Part shown: positions 1 through 9,282 of the stretch, piece by piece | Layout: every line of letters starts with the position of its first letter | Position numbering within the stretch: the stretch's first letter is position 1 | DNA from: Synergistaceae bacterium | GTDB lineage: Bacteria > Synergistota > Synergistia > Synergistales > Synergistaceae | DNA: 25,795 nt | Reading direction: 5' to 3' | NCBI GenBank assembly: GCA_031547985.1 | Contig: JAVBRL010000186.1 | Span: 1 to 25,795 of the forward strand | The notes under the pieces: model-generated | What the model was told of the DNA's origin: nothing | The model's input: only the letters and a program-made list of their open reading frames with translations | The model's database searches: none | Made by a program: the position numbers and the translations under genes

Positions 1-2
1 TG

Positions 3-728
3 CCCGGCTTCAAGGGGTATCTCCACGACGTGGGCGGGCCGACGGCCAATTTCCACGAGCCCGCGTGCGCGAAGCAGTTTCGCGAGGGCGCGTGTCGCGG
101 CAAATCGTGCTTGTTTCCGAAACCGTGCAAGAACCTGCGCGCGACGCACGGACGCTACTTGGCGCTCTTGCGCCGCTTGCGGCGGATCGAGGGGGTCAAG
201 AAAGTCTTCGTCCGTTCGGGATTGAGATACGACTTCATCGAGGCCGACGCCGAAACGGGCGGGATTTTCCTGCGCGAGCTGTGCGAGCACCACGTGAGCG
301 GGCAGCTCAAGATCGCGCCGGAACACGCGAGCGACGCGGCGCTTGCGCGTATGCGAAAATCCGGCGTGCGAAAGTTCGTGGAGTTCATGCGGCGTTTTTA
401 CGACGCGACGCGCGCTTGCGGGAAAAAACAGTTTCTCGTTCCCTATTTCATGTGCGCCCACCCCGGGACGGGGGTCGACGAGGCGATTGTGCTGGCACGT
501 TTCCTGAAAGAGCACAGCCTGCGGCCCGAGCAGGTTCAGGAGTTCACGCCGACGCCCGGAACCCTCGCGACGTGTATGTACTACACGGGGATGGATCCGT
601 TCACGGGGGCGTCCGTGCATGTGCCGGACGTCGCGGAGCGCAAGCTTCAGCGCGCGCTGATGCAGTACTGGCTCCCTGCGAATCGTCGCGTCGTCGCGCC
701 CTTTTTACGGCAGATCGAGAAAAAATAA
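3..728 (+). CDS. ygiQ: YgiQ (UPF0313) family radical SAM protein, 3' part (5'-truncated by window edge)
   Basis: Frame is open from base 3 (PGFKGYLHDVGGPTANF). Family-typical segments VFVRSGLRYD, LKIAPEH, PYFMCAHPG, EQVQEFTPTPGTLATCMYYTG. Stop TAA 726-728. Confidence 0.88.
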   Translation, partial: PGFKGYLHDVGGPTANFHEPACAKQFREGACRGKSCLFPKPCKNLRATHGRYLALLRRLRRIEGVKKVFVRSGLRYDFIEADAETGGIFLRELCEHHVSGQLKIAPEHASDAALARMRKSGVRKFVEFMRRFYDATRACGKKQFLVPYFMCAHPGTGVDEAIVLARFLKEHSLRPEQVQEFTPTPGTLATCMYYTGMDPFTGASVHVPDVAERKLQRALMQYWLPANRRVVAPFLRQIEKK

Positions 729-761
729 CGCGAAAAACGTGCGCTTTCAGTATTTTGTGCG

Positions 762-790
762 TGGACAAGCATGTGGCGAGCGGCTAAAAT
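762..790 (+). promoter_or_regulatory. Putative sigma70 promoter for skp-plsY
   Basis: TGGACA (762-767), 17 nt, TAAAAT (785-790), in the intergenic gap upstream of skp. Confidence 0.55.
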
Positions 791-839
791 AATGCGCTAT
801 CATGATTGTAAGCTTTAATCAGCGAAGGGAGATGTCGGA

Positions 840-1283
840 ATGTTTCGAGTCGTGAATCTCAAGGGGTTGTATGCCGTCTTGGCGGGGGTGCTGGTTTTTG
901 CCTGCCTCGCGGGCGTCGCGTCGGCGGCGGAGGAGAAGATTGGGTTCGTCGATCCGCAGTATCTCCTCACGCAGCATCCGAAGTACGAACAGACGATCAA
1001 GCAGCTCAATCAAGGTACCGACGCCAAGATCAAAGAGGCCAGGGACGCGATGAGCAAGGAGAAGGACGAGGAGAAAAAGGGCCAGATCTATCGCGCCAAG
1101 GAAACTGAGGCGAGCGAGCTGGAGCAGAAGATGATGCGTCCTTTGATCGACGAGGTTACGCAGACGATCGGAAAAGTCGCCAAGGAAAAGGGCGTTACCG
1201 TAGTGTTCAATAAAGGGCTCGTCTTTTTCGGCGGCCTGGACCTCACCGACGACGTCGTCAAAGCGTTGAAGGCCAAGAAGTAA
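840..1283 (+). CDS. skp: OmpH/Skp family outer-membrane protein chaperone
   Basis: Signal peptide ending ASA-A, then KIGFVD, a long charged helical region and the C-terminal VVFNK...GGLDLTDDVVKAL. SD AAGGGAG upstream. Confidence 0.85.
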   Translation: MFRVVNLKGLYAVLAGVLVFACLAGVASAAEEKIGFVDPQYLLTQHPKYEQTIKQLNQGTDAKIKEARDAMSKEKDEEKKGQIYRAKETEASELEQKMMRPLIDEVTQTIGKVAKEKGVTVVFNKGLVFFGGLDLTDDVVKALKAKK

Positions 1284-1307
1284 AAAGCAAACGCGCGAAA
1301 GCGGCCT

Positions 1308-1946
1308 ATGTCCGTGGCAAGCGGGTTATGGATCCTTTTCGCGTATCTGTTGGGCTCGTTCCCAACGGGCTATGTGGCGGTCCGCCTCGTTCGGGGCGAA
1401 GATATCCGGCGGCATGGCTCGAGCAACATCGGCGCCACAAACGTGGGGCGTGTGTTGGGGCGGAAATGGGCGATCGCGGTGGCCGTGTGCGACATGTCCA
1501 AGGGAGGCGTCGCGATCCTGTTGGCGATGGCGTGCGGAGTGATGGACGAACGGCTGCTCGCGCTCGTCGGCGCGATTGCCGTGCTGGGGCACGACTATCC
1601 GGTGTGGCTTGGTTTTAAGGGCGGAAAAGGAGTCGCTACGACCTTCGGCGCGTTTGCGTGTTTCGATTTTTTGAACCCGTTCCCCGCGCTCACGGGGGGC
1701 ATTTTCTGGTATCTGTTGATGAAGGGCACGGGGTATGTCTCCGTGGCCTCACTTGTATCCTTGGGAGCGAGTGTGCTTTTGATGCCTGTGTTCGGCATGC
1801 ATCGGGCGTACTGGCTCGCGGGGATTTTTTTGTTTCTTCTGGCGGTTTGGCGGCATCGAACGAACCTCTCCAGGTTGATCGCTGGCGACGAGACGCGCGT
1901 TAAGGGTGCTTGGTTTGCGCGCGGCGAAAAAGGGAACGGGCCATGA
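1308..1946 (+). CDS. plsY: Glycerol-3-phosphate acyltransferase PlsY
   Basis: YLLGSFPTG, DIRRHGSSNIGATNVGR, DMSKG, GHDYPVW, FKGGKGVAT and RHRTNLSRL motifs. Confidence 0.95.
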   Translation: MSVASGLWILFAYLLGSFPTGYVAVRLVRGEDIRRHGSSNIGATNVGRVLGRKWAIAVAVCDMSKGGVAILLAMACGVMDERLLALVGAIAVLGHDYPVWLGFKGGKGVATTFGAFACFDFLNPFPALTGGIFWYLLMKGTGYVSVASLVSLGASVLLMPVFGMHRAYWLAGIFLFLLAVWRHRTNLSRLIAGDETRVKGAWFARGEKGNGP

Positions 1947-4360
1947 AGGAGAATGAGGGGCCCCGGAGGTACGAATCCGGGATCTTTGTTTTGCTCGTGG
2001 CGGTCTATCTCGTGTGTACGGCCGCGTATTGCTGGGTTGTCTGGCGACATGCGCGTACAAGCGTCATCCAAGACGTCGACGAGCGGATCAAGATCGTCGC
2101 GGAAGCTGTGCCGCACCTGCTTGCCCCCGATTTCCAGGACCGTGCCGTGGATGCGCATTCGATTTCCCTCGGGGAGGAACTGGAGAACCGGCGCGTGGTT
2201 AACGATTTCGCCCGCAGGACCGGCATGAAGTTTATCCAGACGATCGTCGAAAAAAACGGGCTTTACTACTTGACGGCTCCCACGGTTTCGGACGAAGAGG
2301 CGCAACAGCGCACATCGTGGTACTTCTACCCCTACGAGGATATCCCCGACGAGTTCAAGCGGGCGTTGCGCAAGGACACGGTTGTTTACAAGACATTCGA
2401 GGACCGCTGGGGGGACTATCGGGCCGGAGCGATCGCGAAGGTTTCTCCGGGCGGAAAGAGATATCTCGTCGAGGTGGATTACGATATCGCTTTCCTGATG
2501 GCTCGCCAGCGGCGGGCCCTTTTGCAGGCCGTCGCGACAGCTGTTTTTTTCGGGGCGATCTTGCTCCCGTTCGTGCTGTTTTACATCCGTTACACCCACC
2601 GTCTGAAGAGGGTCAACAAGGATCTGACGGAGGCGAAAGGGAAACTCGAACATCTGATGGGAATACAGCGCGAAATGTTGAACGATTCGGAGCGGAATCT
2701 GGACGCTAGTCTATCGCGTCTGGAGGTGATCCACGCGCTCTTCCAGAGCGTTCCCAGTGTGGTCCTGATATTCAACGCAGCCGGGCGTATTGTGGACGCG
2801 AACCGCGCCGCGATTGAGCAGCTTGGAATCCAGTTGGACCCGAAGTTCCCCCCTAACATCTACGATATCTTGGGCGAACAGTTCATGAGCGAAAACAGCT
2901 GGATGGAAAAGGACCCGAACGTGCAGGAAGGTCCTCCGTGCGAGGTGCTGATCCGCAAGAGCGTTTCCCTGCAATATCTTTTCAGAGGGCGTATTGGGCG
3001 GCTTCCCTCGATTCAGGGGACGGATGCGGCATTTTACGTGACCCTCAAGGATGTCACCGAATCGAAAAGGCGGGAGATCGAAGTGGAGGCGATGGGGCTG
3101 CGCGACCTCCTGACCGGTTTGCCCAATCGCTCGAGCCTCCTGCGGAGGCTGTCGGATCTGATGCGTCAGCCGGATGCCTCGCCGGCACTCTTTGTCCTGA
3201 ACGTCAGCGGTTTCAAGCGGATCAACGATATGTACGGCATTCGCGCGGGAGACGCGGTGTTGAAACTTGTCGCCTCTCGGATCGAAGGGCTGCTCGAAGA
3301 GGGAGATCAGGCGTTTCGCCTCGGTGGAGACGAGTTCGCACTGCTCTCCAGCTCGTGCCCGGTTCCCGAAAGAGCCAAAAAAACGGCGGCCCGTATCATG
3401 AGGGCGCTTAAAGATCCGTTGCACGTTCACGATCAGGACCTGCATGTTGCGGGAAGCCTAGGAGTGGCAATCGCTCCGGAGGCTGGTTCGACGCCGGAAG
3501 AGCTGATGGTCAACTGCGGAATTGCCGTGACGGCCGCGAAGCGGATGGGCCCGCAGAGCGTAAGCTATTTTTCGAGCGAACTCAAAATGCGAAACCTCCG
3601 ACGAATCGAGATCCATCGCAGCCTGCGTGCCGCAATTGAGGAAAAAGCGTTCGATGTCGTCTTCCAGCCGATCATGGACCTGGAGAAAGGTGCGATCGTG
3701 AGTGTCGAGGCATTCACGCGCTGGCGCAACCCCGAATTTTCAGAGATGGGGCCCGTCGAGTTCGTAAAGTTCGCCGAGGATTTCGACTTGATCGTCGACC
3801 TGTCCTCCGTGCTTCTGGAGAAGAGCCTCGAAGGTTTTGGGGCGATTTTTGCGGTTCGCCCGGACATGAAGCTCAGTGTGAACGTCTCCTCGGTTCTTTT
3901 ACGCGAGAAGGACTTGCTGATCGATATGGTGGAGTCGCGTGTCGCCAACTCTCCGATCGAGCGCTCGGCGCTGACGCTCGAAGTCGCCGAAGGGGCGTTC
4001 ATGGGGAGTGCGAAACCCTACGTCGAAGTTTTACGCGGACTTTCGGAAAAAGGGTACCGTATCTCGATCGACAACGTGGGGATGGGTAATCTCCCGATCA
4101 TGCAATTTCAAGGGTGCGCCGTTTCGGAGTTCAAGATAGACTCCGCCTATATCAAGGACATCGACACGCGCGAGGAAGACAGCGTGCTTGTGCAGACGAT
4201 CCTGCGTATGGCGGGGGTCTTGGATATCGACGTCGTCGCCAAGGGAGTCGAAAAGGCGAATCAAGCGGACGTCCTCAAGCGACTGCACTGCCCCTACGCG
4301 CAGGGGTATTTTTTCCACAGGCCGCAGACAGCAGAACAAATCCTTCAATTACTCCGGTAA
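1943..4360 (+). CDS. Membrane-anchored sensor with PAS-like, GGDEF and degenerate EAL domains
   Basis: ATG 1943 overlaps the plsY stop (ATGA). Two TM segments flank an extracytoplasmic domain, then coiled coil, PAS-like region, DLLTGLPNR...RLGGDEF and an EAL-type domain (VEAFTRW, IDNVGMG, FKID, AKGVE, QGYFF). Confidence 0.88.
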   Translation: MKENEGPRRYESGIFVLLVAVYLVCTAAYCWVVWRHARTSVIQDVDERIKIVAEAVPHLLAPDFQDRAVDAHSISLGEELENRRVVNDFARRTGMKFIQTIVEKNGLYYLTAPTVSDEEAQQRTSWYFYPYEDIPDEFKRALRKDTVVYKTFEDRWGDYRAGAIAKVSPGGKRYLVEVDYDIAFLMARQRRALLQAVATAVFFGAILLPFVLFYIRYTHRLKRVNKDLTEAKGKLEHLMGIQREMLNDSERNLDASLSRLEVIHALFQSVPSVVLIFNAAGRIVDANRAAIEQLGIQLDPKFPPNIYDILGEQFMSENSWMEKDPNVQEGPPCEVLIRKSVSLQYLFRGRIGRLPSIQGTDAAFYVTLKDVTESKRREIEVEAMGLRDLLTGLPNRSSLLRRLSDLMRQPDASPALFVLNVSGFKRINDMYGIRAGDAVLKLVASRIEGLLEEGDQAFRLGGDEFALLSSSCPVPERAKKTAARIMRALKDPLHVHDQDLHVAGSLGVAIAPEAGSTPEELMVNCGIAVTAAKRMGPQSVSYFSSELKMRNLRRIEIHRSLRAAIEEKAFDVVFQPIMDLEKGAIVSVEAFTRWRNPEFSEMGPVEFVKFAEDFDLIVDLSSVLLEKSLEGFGAIFAVRPDMKLSVNVSSVLLREKDLLIDMVESRVANSPIERSALTLEVAEGAFMGSAKPYVEVLRGLSEKGYRISIDNVGMGNLPIMQFQGCAVSEFKIDSAYIKDIDTREEDSVLVQTILRMAGVLDIDVVAKGVEKANQADVLKRLHCPYAQGYFFHRPQTAEQILQLLR

Positions 4361-4380
4361 AAACCCTTACCCTTCGATTG

Positions 4381-4397
4381 CTTGACTTATGTTGACC
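4381..4397 (-). promoter_or_regulatory. CtsR operator (heptad direct repeat)
   Basis: Minus strand reads GGTCAAC-ATA-AGTCAAG, close to the known RGTCAAA-NAN-RGTCAAA box. It overlaps the -35 hexamers directly upstream of ctsR. Confidence 0.75.
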
Positions 4398-4421
4398 ATA
4401 CAATATAATGGTCACTATAAT
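4382..4421 (+). promoter_or_regulatory. Two overlapping sigma70-type promoters of the ctsR operon
   Basis: TTGACT(4382-4387)-16-TATAAT(4404-4409) and TTGACC(4392-4397)-18-TATAAT(4416-4421). Confidence 0.7.
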
Positions 4422-4440
4422 ATGCATCGAGGTGAAATCC

Positions 4441-4920
4441 ATGTCGAGTTTAACAAAATCGATCGAAGCGTATATTGTGAGCTTGTTCGAAGAGGCCACG
4501 CAGGACGAGATCTCGCTTCGACGGAAGGATATCGCGGAGAAGTTCGGATGCGTGCCGAGCCAGATCAACTACGTGTTGCGCAGCCGATTTGCGCCGGAGC
4601 ACGGTTTTATCGTGAGCTCCCAGCGCGGGGGTAACGGCTATATCCGCATCATGCAGCTCCGCTTCAACAATTGCGAGGAACGTTTGGTCCACTTTGAGGA
4701 CCTCGTGGGCAACGTCATGTCGGAACAGGAAAGCCGTCGATTGCTCGCGAGCCTGCAGAACCGGTCCATCCTCTCCGCACGCGAGCGGATCCTGATGGAA
4801 GTCGCCTTAAGGAAGCAGGACGAGATTGCCCGTTCAACGTACGACATTCCGCCGTATCGCAGGGATTTGCAGCGAGCGGAGCTGATGAAGAGCCTGCTGC
4901 GCAGCTTGGCGTTGGCATAA
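4441..4920 (+). CDS. ctsR: Class III heat-shock repressor CtsR
   Basis: SLTKSIEAYI...RKDIAEKFGCVPSQINYVLRSRF...SQRGGNGYIRI. SD GAGGTG before ATG 4441. First gene of the canonical operon. Confidence 0.93.
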   Translation: MSSLTKSIEAYIVSLFEEATQDEISLRRKDIAEKFGCVPSQINYVLRSRFAPEHGFIVSSQRGGNGYIRIMQLRFNNCEERLVHFEDLVGNVMSEQESRRLLASLQNRSILSARERILMEVALRKQDEIARSTYDIPPYRRDLQRAELMKSLLRSLALA

Positions 4921-4942
4921 AACGGTCTGAAGGGCGCGTTTC

Positions 4943-5443
4943 ATGATTTGCCAACGCTGTCACCAAAAAGACGCTGAGATTCACGTCAAACAGATAACGG
5001 GCGGCGAGGTCCGCGAGTTCCAGATATGTCGCTCGTGCGCGGAGGAGATGGGGCACTTGCTCAATCTGTTCCCCAAGATATCGATCTCGTTTTCCCTGCA
5101 TGATGCCTTGACGCCCGAACCCGAAGAATACGGCGCTCCTACGGGGGGCGGTACATGTCCGAAGTGCGGCCTTGATTACGCGCGCTTCCGCAAGACGGGT
5201 AAACTAGGTTGCGTGCACTGTTATGAAGCTTTTCGAGAGGTTTTGGCCCCCCTTATTGAACGTGCGCACGGTTCGGGCGTTCACCGAGGTTCGGTGCCGG
5301 CATCCGTGGCTTGCGTGGGGGAGGCGGATACGTATCGGGAGGCGTCTCGCTTGCGTGAGGATTTGAAAAAGGCGATTCACGACGAAGAGTATGAACAAGC
5401 CGCCGCTTTGAGGGACCGAATCCGTTCGATCGAGGGGGCCTGA
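4943..5443 (+). CDS. mcsA: McsA, activator of the protein arginine kinase
   Basis: Four CxxC motifs (CQRC, CRSC, CPKC, CVHC), C-terminal UVR motif (EEYEQAAALRDRIR), operon position. Confidence 0.92.
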   Translation: MICQRCHQKDAEIHVKQITGGEVREFQICRSCAEEMGHLLNLFPKISISFSLHDALTPEPEEYGAPTGGGTCPKCGLDYARFRKTGKLGCVHCYEAFREVLAPLIERAHGSGVHRGSVPASVACVGEADTYREASRLREDLKKAIHDEEYEQAAALRDRIRSIEGA

Positions 5444-5448
5444 GTGCG

Positions 5449-6510
5449 ATGAACGCGGATTATTTTGCCACGCATCCTTTGAGTTGGCTCGACGCTGCGG
5501 GAGATTTGCCGTCGATCGTCCTCTCGAGTCGCATCCGTGTGGCGCGCAATCTGGCGGCGTTTCCTTTTCCGCCATGTGCTGACGAAAACGTCTGCCTGGA
5601 CGTGGCGGCGGTCGTCAAGGCGTACGTGGCGAAGACGCCACTGCTTGCCGCCAGTAAAAGCTGGGATATCGACGATCTGGACCCGCTTTCGCGCGACGTG
5701 TTGATCGAAAATCGCCAGATCAGCCCACAGTTTTCGGGCGGAGGCACGGGGCGCTTCGTCCTTTTGGACGCGCTTGGGGTGGCGTCGATGATGGTGGGCG
5801 AAGAAGACCACTTGCGGCTCCAGGTTTTCAGGGGGGGGCTTGACCTCTACGAAGCGTGGCGGATTGCCTCGGTGCTCGACAAGGAGTTTTCGAACCTTGG
5901 TTTCGCGTTTGACGCAAAATGGGGCTATCTGACTTCCTGTCCGACAAATGTGGGGACGGGGTTGCGGGCTTCCGTGATGCTCCATCTGCCCGCGCTCGAG
6001 TGGAGCCAGCAGATGATGGAGGTCATCCGCGAGTGTAATCGGATGGGGCTGGCGGTTCGCGGCGCTTTCGGCGAAGGTTCTCTTACGCAGGCGGGGCTGT
6101 ATCAGGTCTCGAACCAGATTACTCTCGGACTTGGCGAGGAGGAGATCATGCGCCAGGTGACGCGAGTTGCGCGCAAGCTTGCACAGGAGGAGGAGCGGGC
6201 ACGTGACGAGCTTTATCGCATGGCACAGGTCGAAGTGGAAGACCGGGTCTGGCGGGCTTGGGGGACGCTTAAGTTCGCGCGGGTGCTCTCGACGCAACAG
6301 GCAATGGACGGTCTTTCCTGTGTGAAGATGGGCGGCGATCTCGGTTTTTTGCCGAAGATGCCTCCGGCTCAGTGGAATCACCTGATCCTCTCAGTCCAAC
6401 CGGCTCATCTGGAAGGCCGTCAGCGACGGAAACTGAAAACGCAGGAACGTCACGCGCTACGCGCCGGATTGGTGCGCGGGGCGCTTGAAAAGCTCGAAAG
6501 GGCGAAATAA
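5449..6510 (+). CDS. mcsB: McsB protein arginine kinase
   Basis: SSRIRVARNL, EEDHLR, GYLTSCPTNVGTGLRASVMLHLPAL, YQVSNQITLG. Confidence 0.94.
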   Translation: MNADYFATHPLSWLDAAGDLPSIVLSSRIRVARNLAAFPFPPCADENVCLDVAAVVKAYVAKTPLLAASKSWDIDDLDPLSRDVLIENRQISPQFSGGGTGRFVLLDALGVASMMVGEEDHLRLQVFRGGLDLYEAWRIASVLDKEFSNLGFAFDAKWGYLTSCPTNVGTGLRASVMLHLPALEWSQQMMEVIRECNRMGLAVRGAFGEGSLTQAGLYQVSNQITLGLGEEEIMRQVTRVARKLAQEEERARDELYRMAQVEVEDRVWRAWGTLKFARVLSTQQAMDGLSCVKMGGDLGFLPKMPPAQWNHLILSVQPAHLEGRQRRKLKTQERHALRAGLVRGALEKLERAK

Positions 6511-6545
6511 AAGGCGAAAATACGCAAAAAGGAGAAGGACGTATC

Positions 6546-6574
6546 TTGTCGAACGAACCGGATACCGATATAAC
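6546..6574 (+). promoter_or_regulatory. Putative internal sigma70 promoter upstream of clpC
   Basis: TTGTCG(6546-6551)-17-TATAAC(6569-6574) in the 162-nt mcsB-clpC gap. Confidence 0.55.
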
Positions 6575-6672
6575 AGATAACCGATTTGAATTCGTGTTTT
6601 TCACTAAAGAAAAAAAGGCGTCCGGCGGTCGGGCGATGTGCCTGCAGCCCGCCTGGGAGGGAGTGTCTAACG

Positions 6673-9141
6673 ATGTGGCAATTTTTTACGGAAAGAGGAA
6701 AGCGCGTCATTCAACTCGCGCACCGGGAAGCCCTTCGCTTGGGAAGCGATATGATCGGAACGGAACACCTGCTTTTGGGACTTCTTTCCGAGGAAGATGG
6801 GGTGGCCCCGAAGGTCCTGATGAGCACAGGGCTCGATGCGGCTGCGTTGCGGTCGCATATCGAGCTCGCCGTTGGGCAGGGGCAGCCGAAGGACAAGCTC
6901 GTTGACCTGCCGCTGACTCCACGAGCCAAACGCGTGCTTGACGTGGCGATGCGCAAGGCCAAAAGCATGGGGATGAATTACGTCGGAACGGAACACCTCT
7001 TTCTGGGGATTTTGAACGAGACGGATGGAATGGCCGTGACGGTGCTGACCGAGCTGGGAGTCGACCTGCAGCGGGTGGCACAGGATGTCGAGGCGGGGCT
7101 CATGGGAACGGTGCAAGAGGCTCCGGAGGCGACAGTCAAGCCGGCGATGGACCTGTCGCGCAAAGGCGGCGTCTCGAAGACGCCGACGCTCGACCAAGTG
7201 GGGATCGACCTCTCCGAGCGAGCCAAACGCGGCGAACTCGACCCCGTGATCGGGCGCGGCAAGGAGATTCAGCGCTTGGTCCAGATCCTCTCCCGCCGCA
7301 CGAAGAACAATCCCGTGCTCATGGGAGATCCCGGCGTGGGGAAAACGGCGATCGTCGAAGGACTGGCGCAACGGATCGTGGCGGGCGATATCCCCGAGGT
7401 CTTGCGCGGCAAAAGGGTCGTGCAGCTCAACGTCGGCAACCTGATCGCCGGCACGAAATATCGCGGCGAGTTCGAGGAGCGCATGCGCCGACTTGTCAAG
7501 GAGTTGAGCGAATCGAAGAGCGTCGTGCTGTTCATCGATGAAATTCATACGATCGTCGGCGCCGGCGGGGCCGAAGGGGCCGTCGACGCGGCGAACATCC
7601 TCAAGCCCAGTCTGGCGCGCGGCGAGTTCCAGGTCATCGGCGCGACCACGATGGAGGAGTACCGCAAATACGTTGAAAAAGACGCGGCGCTCGAACGGAG
7701 ATTCCAGCCGATCCAAGTCGAGGAGCCTTCGGAGGAGGACACGGTCAAGATCTTGGAGGGGTTGCGCGACCGTTACGAAGCGCACCATCGCGCCAAGATC
7801 ACCGACGATGCGCTGCTTTTCGCGACGCGGCTTTCGGCGCGCTACATCACGGAGCGTTTCCTGCCCGACAAGGCGATCGACGTGATCGACGAAGCGGCGG
7901 CGCGCGCGCGCATCAGCACGATGGACCTGCCCGAGGAGATCAAAGAGTTGGAACGCCGGCTCGAGTTGATTCGGCAGGAGAAGGAAGTGGCCGTGGGGTC
8001 GGAGGATTTCGAAGCCGCCGCGCGACTGAAGACCGACGAGATGCAGCTGGGAAGCGAGATCGAAAATCGCCGCCGCGCGTGGCAGATCGAGCGCAACCAG
8101 GTGACGCCGGTCGTCGACAAAGAGGACATCGCGTATATCGTCGCGCAATGGACGGGGATTCCCCTTGTGCAGCTGACCGAAGAAGAAGCTTCGCGTTTGC
8201 TGCGCATGGAGGGCGAACTGCATAAGCGCATGGTCGGCCAGGACGAAGCGTTGAGCGCGGTCGCGCGCGCCGTTCGCCGGGCGCGCAGTGGGCTTAAAGA
8301 TCCGCAGCGTCCGGTGGGCAGCTTTTTGTTCCTGGGACCCACGGGAGTGGGGAAGACTGAGCTCGCCCGTGCGCTGGCGGAGTTCATGTTCGGCAGCCAG
8401 GATGCGATGATTCGCCTCGACATGAGCGAGTACATGGAGCGGCACGAAGTGGCCAAGCTGATCGGCGCTCCCCCTGGCTACGTAGGGTTCGAGGAGGGCG
8501 GCAAGCTCACGGAGGCGGTGCGCCGCAGGCCGTATTGCGTGATCCTGTTCGACGAGATCGAAAAAGCGAGCCCCGATGTGTTCAACATCCTCCTGCAGCT
8601 GCTCGAGGATGGCCGTCTCACCGACGGACAGGGGCACGCTGTCGATTTTCGCAACACGATCATCATCATGACGAGCAACGCGGGGGCGAGCGACATCCAA
8701 AAAGGGCAGTCGCTGGGTTTTTCGATCGGCCACGGCGAAGAGGGCAAAAGCAAGACCGAGTGGTTGAAGATGAAAGACACGATCATGGAGTCGGTGCGGC
8801 GCATCTTCCGCCCGGAGTTCTTAAACCGCGTCGACGATATCGTCGTCTTCCGCGCGCTCGAGCGCGAAGAGCTGCTGAAGATCGTCGACCTCATGCTGCA
8901 GGACGTCACGCGGCGTGCGGCGCAACAGAACGTGACGCTCGACATCGCGGACGCGACGCGGCAGTTTTTGCTCGAAAAGGGGTTCGATCCGAAATACGGC
9001 GCGCGCCCCTTGCGGCGGACGATTCAGCGCATGGTCGAAGACCGCTTGGCGGACCTGATGCTCGAGGGTGTCTTGACCGCCGGCGACGGCGTGCGGGTCG
9101 ACCTCGAGGAAGCAGAGCTCGTCTTCCAGAAACAGGAATAA
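6673..9141 (+). CDS. clpC: ATP-dependent Clp protease ATPase subunit ClpC
   Basis: Start [11 protein letters not shown] with SD GGAGGGAG. Two Clp-N repeats (GTEHL), Walker A GDPGVGKT and [11 protein letters not shown] middle domain, LGF ClpP-docking loop, [18 protein letters not shown]. Confidence 0.97.
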   Translation: MWQFFTERGKRVIQLAHREALRLGSDMIGTEHLLLGLLSEEDGVAPKVLMSTGLDAAALRSHIELAVGQGQPKDKLVDLPLTPRAKRVLDVAMRKAKSMGMNYVGTEHLFLGILNETDGMAVTVLTELGVDLQRVAQDVEAGLMGTVQEAPEATVKPAMDLSRKGGVSKTPTLDQVGIDLSERAKRGELDPVIGRGKEIQRLVQILSRRTKNNPVLMGDPGVGKTAIVEGLAQRIVAGDIPEVLRGKRVVQLNVGNLIAGTKYRGEFEERMRRLVKELSESKSVVLFIDEIHTIVGAGGAEGAVDAANILKPSLARGEFQVIGATTMEEYRKYVEKDAALERRFQPIQVEEPSEEDTVKILEGLRDRYEAHHRAKITDDALLFATRLSARYITERFLPDKAIDVIDEAAARARISTMDLPEEIKELERRLELIRQEKEVAVGSEDFEAAARLKTDEMQLGSEIENRRRAWQIERNQVTPVVDKEDIAYIVAQWTGIPLVQLTEEEASRLLRMEGELHKRMVGQDEALSAVARAVRRARSGLKDPQRPVGSFLFLGPTGVGKTELARALAEFMFGSQDAMIRLDMSEYMERHEVAKLIGAPPGYVGFEEGGKLTEAVRRRPYCVILFDEIEKASPDVFNILLQLLEDGRLTDGQGHAVDFRNTIIIMTSNAGASDIQKGQSLGFSIGHGEEGKSKTEWLKMKDTIMESVRRIFRPEFLNRVDDIVVFRALEREELLKIVDLMLQDVTRRAAQQNVTLDIADATRQFLLEKGFDPKYGARPLRRTIQRMVEDRLADLMLEGVLTAGDGVRVDLEEAELVFQKQE

Positions 9142-9189
9142 AATAGGTCATGACAAACCGCCATCGAGCGCGGTAAAATAAGACCTTGG

Positions 9190-9232
9190 CCGGGCGCGCC
9201 GCGCAAGGATCTGCGGCGCGCCCGGTTTGTTT
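9190..9232 (+). terminator. GC-rich hairpin, probable intrinsic terminator of the ctsR-clpC operon
   Basis: Perfect 13-bp stem CCGGGCGCGCCGC/GCGGCGCGCCCGG with a 10-nt loop, followed by TTTGTTT. Confidence 0.55.
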
Positions 9233-9282
9233 GCAAAGTTTGCAAAGATCCGAAAAAGTACGTTCGAAGAGGGGTGTTGCGT

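Noticed and set aside
6546-6905. 119-aa ORF starting at TTG after an SD-like AAGGAGAAGG
   Set aside because: Overlaps clpC out of frame for about 230 nt, has no motifs, and its TTG coincides with a better-supported -35 hexamer.
6667-8733. 688-aa antisense ORF over clpC, and similar long antisense ORFs at 1595-2653, 5377-6381, 12007-13449, 14139-15410, 16458-18380 and 20134-21639
   Set aside because: Shadow frames of GC-rich genes with strong codon bias. No recognisable motifs, and fully overlapped by well-supported genes.
9146-9155. GGTCATGACA as a CtsR box before the PPIase gene
   Set aside because: A single half-site only, with no heptad direct repeat.
9190-9225. Hairpin as SRP (4.5S) RNA
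   Set aside because: Lacks the conserved SRP domain IV CAGG...GGAA...AGCAG signature.
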